Part shown: positions 1 through 8,391 of the stretch, piece after piece | How positions within the stretch are numbered: position 1 is the first letter of the stretch | Layout: each line of letters begins with the position of its first letter | DNA from: Bacteroidales bacterium | GTDB taxonomy: Bacteria > Bacteroidota > Bacteroidia > Bacteroidales > FEN-979 | DNA: 32,000 nt | NCBI GenBank assembly: GCA_038244085.1 | Contig: JBBRTX010000015.1 | Span: 4,997-36,996 of the forward strand | Direction: 5' to 3' | Program-made: the position numbers and the translations under genes | The notes under the pieces: model-generated | What the model saw: only the letters and a program-made list of their open reading frames with translations | What the model was told of the DNA's origin: nothing | The model's database searches: none

Positions 1-198
1 CTCCTGTTCCAAAATCATACCAGAGGTTCCTGGATAAATGAACCTTGAAGCTTGGTGTTTTCTCCTGGCGCATGGGACTAAGGAACCAGGCGTTACCATA
101 CCTTATTTTTACAGGACTGTGACCATTTTCCCGAAGGAAATCTATTAACTGTACTCTTCTTGTTTCTGAAAGATTCATTTTCTTTTATTTCAGGATTT

Positions 199-318
199 TT
201 GATTTACCGATTTACCAAATTGCCAATGGGTTGATATATAGATATATAAGCGGTAAATAGTAGTAAATGTGGTAAATTTACCATTGATTTACTATTGATT
301 TACCTTTGATTTACTTAG
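199..318. repeat. AT-rich iteron-like cluster: gatttacc x2 (201-216), palindrome GGTAAATTTACC (271-282), and ~11-bp tandem units accattgattt/actattgattt/acctttgattt (280-312)
   Basis: Read directly; ~11-bp period and a recurring TTTAC/GTAAA core next to a primase-helicase gene. Confidence 0.6.
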
Positions 319-372
319 ATACATAAGGGTTTTAGCTGATTAGTAAAAGAAGTAAACGATATTTTCTTGAAA

Positions 373-1737
373 TCAGATTTTCGATTCAACGAAGTCACGG
401 GTAACGATGTAATATTTTCCGGTTGTTTTGGTAAGATTAATCCTAGAGACCATCATTCTCTCCGTATCATCATATTCGTCTTTTATAGAAGGGAAGTCGT
501 ACTTATTATTCTTTGACTGAGGAAGCCTCCATTCCTCTTTCAGGATATAACCGATCTGGGTTGCCAGGCCGGTAATTTGTCTTAACGATTTCTCAAGCTC
601 CTGAGCCAGTCTTACCGGGGTTACATGGATTTCATCTTTGGAGGATTCAAAAGCAAATATGTCTCCGAACCATCTGAGCAGTTCTTTTTGTACGATGCTG
701 CGTGTATATACTCTGATCCTGGTCAGCGCTTCCGTCTCGTAAACCTTGGGATCAAACCACAGCCGGCTTTTCTTGGGATAACAAAGTGTACGGGTTTTTA
801 GAAAATAAAGAAATGCCGGGATCTCTTTTTCCAGTTTATCCATTAACTCGGGGATAAAATCCACAGGTGTGAGCTCCGGAACTTTGACCACAAAAAATCG
901 GTTGTCATCCTCATCCATTTTAATAAAATTATCTTCTGTGTTGCTCGAAAGAACCAGTTTCCCGAAGAAATCCATCCGGATAGTGTCCCTGCCTTTTGCT
1001 TCCATGTTAATAGAATCGGTAGTTGTAAGCCGTTTAATCTTCTCCTTGATGATCGTCTTGTCGATGAAAGACTCATCAATACAAACGATCAGCTTGCTTG
1101 CGTAAAGAGAATTGAAGTTGGTACTGAATTCTTCATTGCCCAGGATGATGGCATTCCGCCCGAAGATGGAGCAAAGCCAACTCATGTAGGTCGATTTTCC
1201 GGTCTCCTGTATTTTCGAGACAAGACAGATGACCGGAAGATTCTGGGTAGGGTTTTCATAAAGGATCTTCAGGTAATCGAGGATGATATCAAATTTGTCC
1301 TGGAAAATACGCGAAAGGAATTTTAGGGTAATGGTCACATCTCCCTGCACTGGTATAAATTTCATCTGCTCATAAAGATTGAAGTAAGCATCCCCGTTAT
1401 GACTGTGCTCTTTCAGATAGGATTCTGAATTATCCGGAATATTGACAAAAGCGATGTACTTTTTAATATGGTTGAAAATTTCTTTTGAATAGTCCCCCAG
1501 GATAACTCCTTTCTTCCATGGTTGCTGAACCGGGAAGCTTTGTTTACGGGCATTGAGAATGTGGCTCAGCCGGTAATAGTCTGTTGCAACCCGGATGTAT
1601 TTTTCTCCTTCACGCTTGAGGATCGTCGTCATGTCATCAGGTTGCTCCTTTACGGCAATTGGACGGGAAGTATTTTCAGACACCCTTTTCGGAAAAGGCT
1701 TATGATTCTTGTGAATTAATTCTTGTTCATTATTCAT
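373..1737 (-). CDS. DUF5906/SF3-type primase-helicase ATPase of a mobile element
   Basis: Walker A-like KIQETGKSTYMSW, Walker B-like KLIVCIDES, SF3-like GKLVLSSNTEDNF...DDNRFFVVKVPEL; located upstream of an HTH protein and integrase. Confidence 0.75.
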   Translation of the reverse strand: MNNEQELIHKNHKPFPKRVSENTSRPIAVKEQPDDMTTILKREGEKYIRVATDYYRLSHILNARKQSFPVQQPWKKGVILGDYSKEIFNHIKKYIAFVNIPDNSESYLKEHSHNGDAYFNLYEQMKFIPVQGDVTITLKFLSRIFQDKFDIILDYLKILYENPTQNLPVICLVSKIQETGKSTYMSWLCSIFGRNAIILGNEEFSTNFNSLYASKLIVCIDESFIDKTIIKEKIKRLTTTDSINMEAKGRDTIRMDFFGKLVLSSNTEDNFIKMDEDDNRFFVVKVPELTPVDFIPELMDKLEKEIPAFLYFLKTRTLCYPKKSRLWFDPKVYETEALTRIRVYTRSIVQKELLRWFGDIFAFESSKDEIHVTPVRLAQELEKSLRQITGLATQIGYILKEEWRLPQSKNNKYDFPSIKDEYDDTERMMVSRINLTKTTGKYYIVTRDFVESKI

Positions 1738-1787
1738 ATCTTTGTACTTGAGAGTTTAAATTGTTATCCAGTCATTTAACAGATTAA

Positions 1788-1817
1788 GATAAAAGCCCGT
1801 TGCTGCGGGCTTTTATC
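1788..1817. terminator. Probable bidirectional intrinsic terminator (gataaaagcccg - ttgctg - cgggcttttatc)
   Basis: Perfect 12-bp inverted repeat with 6-nt loop, GC-rich near the loop and A/T-rich outside, between two minus-strand genes. Confidence 0.75.
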
Positions 1818-1841
1818 GTTAAATATGGGCTTCATGGAAGA

Positions 1842-2159
1842 TCAATAATGCTCAGATTGCTCAAAAATGGTACCCCATGGACCTATGTAAATTGTTGCTC
1901 CTGGCATATCCTTCGCAGCTGTTTCAATTATTCTCAATTCTTCTTCCATTGAAATCACTTTTTCCATCTGGATGACCAGGTGATTGGTCATTCTCTGAAT
2001 TATGCCCAGGACATCAGTTAAATCTTCCGAAGACTGCTTGGAATTTGCTGCACTTTGAATCTTTATTGCCAGTTCGATACATTCACTCATCTTATCGGCA
2101 TGACGGTGAATTGACTTATAATTTTCGATTATATCCATTGATGTGAGATTTTGAATCAT
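1842..2159 (-). CDS. Small hypothetical protein of mobile element
   Basis: 105-aa ORF between terminator and HTH gene; no recognised motif. Confidence 0.5.
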   Translation of the reverse strand: MIQNLTSMDIIENYKSIHRHADKMSECIELAIKIQSAANSKQSSEDLTDVLGIIQRMTNHLVIQMEKVISMEEELRIIETAAKDMPGATIYIGPWGTIFEQSEHY

Positions 2160-2197
2160 TTCCAGGTTCAGGTAAACGACTTTGAGGTGAAAGAGAA

Positions 2198-2536
2198 TTA
2201 TATGACGGAGTTCTTCATCGCCTCTAATACTTCTGATTTCTTGAACAGGATTTTGCGCCCGTGCTGGTAAAAAGGAATTTTCCTGGCTTTTTTCCAGGAA
2301 ATAATTGTCGGCATAGACACCCTCAGAAATTTGGCGACTTCCCTTTGAGAGAGATAAATTTCCTCAGTTTCCTTTATTTCATTTTTCTGAACTGAAATTT
2401 TTGACGATTCCCATTCATTGAGTAATTCAAAGAATTGGTTTTTGTCTTTTATGAGCATTAAAATAGTTTCCATTTGTTTAGATTTATTTAAGATTTCGGC
2501 AAAACTATATCCACCTTTCCCGAAAACAAAGGACAC
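2198..2536 (-). CDS. Helix-turn-helix (excisionase/MerR-like) DNA-binding protein
   Basis: C-terminal YLSQREVAKFLRVSMPTIISWKKARKIPFYQHGRKILFKKSEVLEAM matches the common Bacteroidota element-encoded HTH; probable GTG start. Confidence 0.7.
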   Translation of the reverse strand: MSFVFGKGGYSFAEILNKSKQMETILMLIKDKNQFFELLNEWESSKISVQKNEIKETEEIYLSQREVAKFLRVSMPTIISWKKARKIPFYQHGRKILFKKSEVLEAMKNSVI

Positions 2537-2660
2537 TTCATTTTGTTGGAATTAACTGAAAACAAGCAGATTAAATTTAATGAAAAATTCAGGTAATTGA
2601 TGAAAGTCAAAGGAGACCACGCATGAGAGAACCCCGGGTTTGGTAAACCAGGGACAGATA

Positions 2661-2790
2661 GTGGCAAAGTTATTTTAGACGAGTTTCAGATAGAACCTGG
2701 GGACAATCCAGAGACAAAAAGTGAGGAAGTTATTTTAGAAGAGTGTCTGATAGAACCTGGGGACAACCCGGGGACAACCCGGGGACAAAA
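2661..2790. repeat. Two ~60-bp direct repeats (2661-2720, 2721-2780) followed by 11-bp ggggacaaccc tandem units
   Basis: gtggcaaagttattttagacgagtttcagatagaacctggggacaa... repeated at exact 60-bp offset with few mismatches; ggggacaaccc/ggggacaaccc/ggggacaaaaa. Confidence 0.85.
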
Positions 2791-2874
2791 ACCGGCAAAC
2801 TTTATTATAAATATTCCGGGGACAAGTTGGAGACAATCCAGAGAAAAAAAATGAGCAAAAAAAGTAACAGTGTT

Positions 2875-4131
2875 TTAAACACCGGGCTTTTCAGATGAAG
2901 TTTGTTTATCCCATGCAAATTTTAAGGCTTCCTTTTTATGTTCCTCTGCAATTTTAATGTACTTGTTAAAGCTGCTGTCTTTCTTATGCCCCGTGATGCT
3001 TTTAATGATCTTTGTGTCCATACCAAAAATAAAGCTCAAGGTGACAAAGGTTTTACGTGCAACGTGGTTCGTAATGAATTGATATTTGGGTTTTACCACC
3101 GTTTTTACTTTGCCACCCACATATTGTTGAATCCTTACAGACTCATTCATTTTAATCTCTTCACAACAATCCTTGATATAATCATTTAATTTTTGCGGTG
3201 AAATGGTAGGGAAGACTGACACCAAGTCCTCTTGATATTTCAGAAGTATATCTTTAGCAAACCGGTTTAATGGTATCCTTTCAATTTTCTGCGTTTTAAC
3301 AATAGTCTTTTGAATTTCATCATCCTTGATATGCTCTCGTTTTAAATCACGAAGATCGGAGACCCTGAGGCCGGTGAAGCACATAAAACAGAATAAATCC
3401 CTTGCCTGACTGAGTTTTTTGGATTCGAATTCATGATTGAGTAGTTGGAACAATTCATCTTTAGTTAGATAAATGATTTCCTTTTCCCGTTCCGGCGTGG
3501 AAAATTTCTTGTGGGTAAGGGTTTTAACATATTTTCTTTCATATGCCCAATTCATAAATGATTTAAGAACATTGACAATCTTAGAAAAATAATTGTCCTG
3601 AACTCCCCTGACTGAGAAAGCATAAGTCCGGAACCGATCAAAGAATAAGGTATCGATAGAATTGATATCAATTTTTTTCCCGGAGGCTTCTTCAAAATCG
3701 AGAAGGAACTGTTTCACCGTATTATAACCCTTCACCGTCCATTGGGCCCTGATCGGCTTACTCGTTTCTATATATTCATCAAAAAGAGAGAAGAAAGATC
3801 TTGTGTTTAACTTTTCTTCTTTAACTGAAATTGAATTCTTCAAATAAGCTTCGGTTATCGGTATATGTTCTGCAATTGCCTTGGCTATAGCATTTGTTGC
3901 ACGTTTGTAATATGCTTCAATAGTTTTGTTAATAGCCTCATAGTGATTATCTTCTTCATTTGCGTGAGGAGATTTCACTTTCTCATTTTTTTGGCTCCAG
4001 TATTTTTGATGGACTGAATATCCGACAAAAAAAACGGTCCTCGAACTATCATGAGTAATTCTCATGATTATCGGTTTTTGCCCTTTTTTATTCTTTTTTC
4101 CTGGTTTTAAATAAAAATGTACATTTGCCAT
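2875..4131 (-). CDS. Tyrosine-type site-specific recombinase/integrase (SAM-like N-domain)
   Basis: TGLRVSDLRDLKREH, NHVARKTFVTLSFIFGMDTKIIKSITGHKKDSSFNKYIKI (R...HxxR...H...Y); ORF opens at TTG 4161 but ATG at 4131 (MANVHFYLK) fits the family better. Confidence 0.93.
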   Translation of the reverse strand: MANVHFYLKPGKKNKKGQKPIIMRITHDSSRTVFFVGYSVHQKYWSQKNEKVKSPHANEEDNHYEAINKTIEAYYKRATNAIAKAIAEHIPITEAYLKNSISVKEEKLNTRSFFSLFDEYIETSKPIRAQWTVKGYNTVKQFLLDFEEASGKKIDINSIDTLFFDRFRTYAFSVRGVQDNYFSKIVNVLKSFMNWAYERKYVKTLTHKKFSTPEREKEIIYLTKDELFQLLNHEFESKKLSQARDLFCFMCFTGLRVSDLRDLKREHIKDDEIQKTIVKTQKIERIPLNRFAKDILLKYQEDLVSVFPTISPQKLNDYIKDCCEEIKMNESVRIQQYVGGKVKTVVKPKYQFITNHVARKTFVTLSFIFGMDTKIIKSITGHKKDSSFNKYIKIAEEHKKEALKFAWDKQTSSEKPGV

Positions 4132-4310
4132 ATTAACGGAAATATTAATGATATCAGGCAAAGTTAAAATAAAAATGGGTACCCAAACAGAGTACCCAAA
4201 ATATTATAAAAACTCATTTTTATTCATTTAAATCCTTTCAGGAAAAAATATTAAATGGTTGATATACAGTTAATATGTTAAAGTAGATTAAAATTCATGT
4301 AACTATCGAG

Positions 4311-4330
4311 TAGTCCTGTTCCGGGCACAA
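4311..4330. other. Candidate element attachment site: tRNA 3'-end remnant (gtcctgttccgggcaca)
   Basis: Resembles T-stem 3' strand plus acceptor 3' strand of a tRNA, with no tRNA body 5' of it; ~180 bp beyond the integrase start, followed by a terminator. Confidence 0.45.
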
Positions 4331-4339
4331 AAACAACTC

Positions 4340-4364
4340 AAAACCCGCTTCAATGGCGGGTTTT
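4340..4364. terminator. Intrinsic terminator aaaacccgc-ttcaatg-gcgggtttt
   Basis: Perfect 9-bp stem, 7-nt loop, followed by a T-rich stretch. Confidence 0.8.
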
Positions 4365-4774
4365 GTATTTTAGTGCATCCTGAAGAGTAATCAAAAGATT
4401 TTTTATTGGTTATGGAATCCACGAATCAGTTGCAAAATAAGAATCCTGCGAGGCCACTTCAAATTTGCCTCACTTGGCGGGATTGTCGGGAACGGTATGC
4501 GTGAATTGTGTAACTTATTTAAGAAATTGTGTAACGCATCTCAGGAGAAAAGTTTCCATATTTGTAACGTAAATATACTAATTATCAATATGTTAGAAAG
4601 TGTCAACCCGATTACTACATGAAAGATCCCTTTTCACCATCATTTCCAATTCATTCCGGTTTTGTTCTTGGGTTATTCCATTTCAAAGAAGAGGGGATCG
4701 GATGAGCGATGATTTTTTGGTCACAGAGGCAGGTTTGTTGACATCGTAATTTATTTATTAAGCAGGAAGATTGT

Positions 4775-5791
4775 ATGACTTTAGAATCAGGAATTGTAAA
4801 TATGTTTAGATCGGTTTTTTTATCACTTCTGTTTGTTTTGTCTTTCCAGTCTTTCGTCTCCGCGCAGGAAACGAAGCGTGATTCGATAAAGGATGCAAAG
4901 CACGATTCGGTAAAGGAGGTAAGGCATGATTCGATCCGGGCTGCAAAACTAGATACCATCCCGGGATCAAAGGGGAAGTTGGATGTTGCTCCTGAAACCA
5001 GGCAGGAGAAGAAGCAGGAGAAGGCATTATACAGTTTCGCTCAATTCGGTCGTGAGACATGGTTATTTGTTAAGCAACCGCTCAGATGGAAAGGGATGGA
5101 CTGGCTCAAAGTCGGGGTAATCGCCGGAGGAACCGCTTTACTAACGCTTGGAGATGCTCCGATTCGCAATGCCGCGCAAGACCCTACCAAGAGTCCGGAA
5201 AGAAATTATCATATTTTGGCCGAAGGGGGCAGAATATATGGTGAATGGTACTCGATTGGAGCCCTGGTAGGAGGCTTTGGGATTTATGGGCTGATCGCCC
5301 GTGATACACTTGCAAAAAAAATGGCCATCGAATTGTTCCAGGCGGGTGTTTATTCGGAATTGGTAACTGAGATCTTAAAAGTGGTTATTGGAAGGGCCCG
5401 ACCTTATGAGAATGTAGGATCAGGCACTTTTCATCCATTCACCTTGCTGGATGTTGGCTACAACTCATTTCCGAGCGGGCATTCAACCAGTGCATTTGCA
5501 CTGTCAACCGTGATGTCCAGGCATGCCAATTCCCTTGCGCTGAAAATTCTAATCTATGTGCCTGCAGGAATCACTTTATTCTCCCGGATATACCAGGATA
5601 AGCATTGGGTTTCCGATGAATTGATCGGAGCAGCCGTAGGTTTTTTTGTTGGTAACTGGGTGGTTGATCTTCATGAAGCAAAACGACACCGCATTAATGT
5701 TGCTGTTACTTCTGTCTATCCTCCGGCTATTTCGATCGACCTTGACAGGTTGTTGACCAAACAGCGCGATATTCCCAGATCAAACCCCTGA
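4775..5791 (+). CDS. PAP2-family membrane-associated phosphatase with signal peptide and charged tandem-repeat linker
   Basis: KVVIGRARPYE, SFPSGHSTSAFA, SRIYQDKHWVSDELIG phosphatase motifs; hydrophobic segments. Confidence 0.9.
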   Translation: MTLESGIVNMFRSVFLSLLFVLSFQSFVSAQETKRDSIKDAKHDSVKEVRHDSIRAAKLDTIPGSKGKLDVAPETRQEKKQEKALYSFAQFGRETWLFVKQPLRWKGMDWLKVGVIAGGTALLTLGDAPIRNAAQDPTKSPERNYHILAEGGRIYGEWYSIGALVGGFGIYGLIARDTLAKKMAIELFQAGVYSELVTEILKVVIGRARPYENVGSGTFHPFTLLDVGYNSFPSGHSTSAFALSTVMSRHANSLALKILIYVPAGITLFSRIYQDKHWVSDELIGAAVGFFVGNWVVDLHEAKRHRINVAVTSVYPPAISIDLDRLLTKQRDIPRSNP

Positions 5792-5885
5792 TCACCCTGC
5801 AAGGCAATAACAGGAACAAAATTAATTGTCCTCGTATCAAGACTGGTTGGGATATCAGCGATTAACTGCTATAAATATCGTCAGA

Positions 5886-8033
5886 CTAACGGGGTACTTT
5901 CATCTCATCCAGGATAAATCCTGCATTTCCGAATTTTTCCGTCACATACAAAACATACCTGATGTCTACAGAAATTGTCCGCTGGAGATCATAATCATAC
6001 TTCCAGTCGCTGATCATTGCCTCATAGTTGCCATCGAAAGCGACCCCGATCAATTCACCATTGGCATTCATGACGGGACTGCCGCTGTTTCCCCCGGTGA
6101 TATCGCACTGGTTGAGGAATGCAACAGGAACATCTTTCAACAGCGGATCCATCCACCTGCCAAAATCCTTCTTTTCAGAAAGATCCAGCAACTTTTCAGG
6201 TGCATTGAATGGCTCTTCCCCGGTATTCTTTTCCACAACTCCCTGCAGTGACGTAAACGGATCATACCATACTGCATTTCTTGGTTTATAGCCTTTCACA
6301 TTGCCGTATGTGAAACGGATGGTGCTATTGGCATCCGGATACATCCCGGTACCTTTCCATGCAAACAAACCATCCATATAATCTTTTCTCAGTGCCGTAA
6401 CATTTGATCCGAATTTCTGGTTGGCCTCCTGAATTTCCCGGGCCATCGGATCGATGCTGATTGTCATCTTCAGGAATGGATCATTCAGGGCTTCCAGCTC
6501 TTTCACTGTTTTACGGAACAATGGTTTAACATAATTCAGATCATTCATTTTGGAGGTTTTAAATGTTTCGTCGACAAACTGTTCAATGGTTTTGGATTTG
6601 TCGGTAAAAACATATTCAAGGCCGGTGATTCGGTGACCGGGAGGAAGGGCTGATGCCATTTTCAGTGCGCGGATCATTAACGCCTTATCCACCGGTTCGT
6701 AATAGTTTTCATAAGTGAACTGCAATTGTTCGATGACATTGTCAATGGTTTTATCGGTAATTCCCGGATCACGCTCGCTTTCCGGCTTTTCAAATTGCTG
6801 AGCGATATACAGGATCTGGGAAGCAATACTCAACTGAGTTCCTCCGAGTCCCTGAAGGACTCCAATGACATTATTTTGCTCCCATGTTTTTTCAAGGACT
6901 TTATATTCTTCCTTTTCCTTTGAGAGGATGTCTCCATATTTCGTCTTCCTGGCCGGATCGCTGTTTACCCATTTCAGGAAGTCCTTTTCAAAATCTAACT
7001 TGCTTACCAGAAAACGGGTTTTCTTCATTCCTTCTACTTTCCCTTCATAATTTTTCATCGTATTGGCAAGTCCCTTGACAAGGCTGGCTTCCTTTAGTTT
7101 TCCTTCAGGATCATTTTTTGTTAACTCATCTACAAGGTTGATGACTTCCCTGAAATTCATGATAGAGAAAGGATAATTGTATTCCTGGTTCCAGTGAACG
7201 GATGTTGAAGAACGATAACGGGTGGTGAAACCCGGGAAGCCGATGATGAAAGTGAAATCGCCTTCTTTCAGGTTTTCCTTTGCCACTTTCAGCCAGATCT
7301 TCGGTTTATAAGGAACATTATCGGTGTTGTATTCTTTGCCAAATCCATCCGGCGACACATAGGCTCTCATGAACGAGAAATCGCCAGTATGTCTAGGCCA
7401 CATCCAGTTGTCGGTTTCCCCTCCGAAATTCCCGATGGAAAGCGGAGGTGAGTATACGATCCGGATATCCTTAAATTGCTTGTAAACATAAAGAATGTAT
7501 TGTTTTCCATTATACATCTGGGCGATATTCGCCACCACATCTTCTTTGCCTTTTTCGATTGTTTCCGTCATCAGTTCTATTTTTGCATTGATTTTTTTAT
7601 CCCGTTCTACCGGATCGCTGATCCCTTTTCCTGCTTCAGCGACTTCGTTGGTTACATCTTTCATTTCGGTCATGAGGAGCGCCTGATAACCAGGGGCCTT
7701 TAACTCTTCCGAGTGTTTGGAAGCAAGAAATCCATTGGTAAGATAATCGCTGTTAACGGTTGAAGAACGTTGCAATGCTGTAAAGGCGACATGGTGATTG
7801 GTTATAATAAGTCCTTCTGATGAAACGAACGAGGCAGACCCCCCTCCAAGTTGAAGAACAGCCTGGCACAATGCAGGTTTGTCCGGGCTGTAAACATCAG
7901 AAATTCCGATCTTCATACCTTTCTTTGCCATGTCAAGCTGGGGAAGTTGCGACAATAACCACATTCCCTCCTGAGCTTGAGCCATTGATAGGATGATAAA
8001 GGATAGAACTAAAGTTGATGCGAATTTTTTCAT
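5886..8033 (-). CDS. S46-family serine dipeptidyl peptidase (DPP7/DPP11 type), secreted
   Basis: Signal peptide MKKFASTLVLSFIILSMAQAQEG, LITNHHVAF, TGGNSGSPVMNANGELIGVAFDGNYEAM; ATG at 8033. Confidence 0.92.
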   Translation of the reverse strand: MKKFASTLVLSFIILSMAQAQEGMWLLSQLPQLDMAKKGMKIGISDVYSPDKPALCQAVLQLGGGSASFVSSEGLIITNHHVAFTALQRSSTVNSDYLTNGFLASKHSEELKAPGYQALLMTEMKDVTNEVAEAGKGISDPVERDKKINAKIELMTETIEKGKEDVVANIAQMYNGKQYILYVYKQFKDIRIVYSPPLSIGNFGGETDNWMWPRHTGDFSFMRAYVSPDGFGKEYNTDNVPYKPKIWLKVAKENLKEGDFTFIIGFPGFTTRYRSSTSVHWNQEYNYPFSIMNFREVINLVDELTKNDPEGKLKEASLVKGLANTMKNYEGKVEGMKKTRFLVSKLDFEKDFLKWVNSDPARKTKYGDILSKEKEEYKVLEKTWEQNNVIGVLQGLGGTQLSIASQILYIAQQFEKPESERDPGITDKTIDNVIEQLQFTYENYYEPVDKALMIRALKMASALPPGHRITGLEYVFTDKSKTIEQFVDETFKTSKMNDLNYVKPLFRKTVKELEALNDPFLKMTISIDPMAREIQEANQKFGSNVTALRKDYMDGLFAWKGTGMYPDANSTIRFTYGNVKGYKPRNAVWYDPFTSLQGVVEKNTGEEPFNAPEKLLDLSEKKDFGRWMDPLLKDVPVAFLNQCDITGGNSGSPVMNANGELIGVAFDGNYEAMISDWKYDYDLQRTISVDIRYVLYVTEKFGNAGFILDEMKVPR

Positions 8034-8391
8034 AATACCTCGTTTTAAAATGTAAAGCAATTTCAGAAAATTTGCAAAATATGAGTCTAAAGATAGATCG
8101 GAAAGTTAAAAAAAACAATATAAATCGGTACAATAGTGGGTTTAAACGGTAACCAGCTCAGAACAGTCACCTCTGGCAAATAGCATCTTACTGAAATGTG
8201 TTGTATCTTGCATACTATTCAAGGTTGGTCATTTGAATACCGTTTTTGCAGGTAGCAGTTCACTTAAAAAGTATTTTTCCAGAAATGTTTCAATCATTGA
8301 CCAACAGTAGCATCTATTGGAAAATGAAACTGTAAAGACATCAACAGATCTTGGGTCTGGCGAGTATTTTTACCAATTTGTTTGCATCCTC

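Noticed and set aside
2661-2790. Possible CRISPR array
   Set aside because: Only two 60-bp units with no unique spacers, internal 11-mer repeats, and no cas genes nearby.
4250-4330. Intact tRNA gene
   Set aside because: Only the 3' T-stem/acceptor-like segment is present; no D-arm, anticodon arm or 5' acceptor strand can be folded upstream.
5826-6251. Plus-strand 141-aa ORF opposite the S46 peptidase C-terminus
   Set aside because: Mostly overlaps a well-supported S46 catalytic region and has no recognisable motif.
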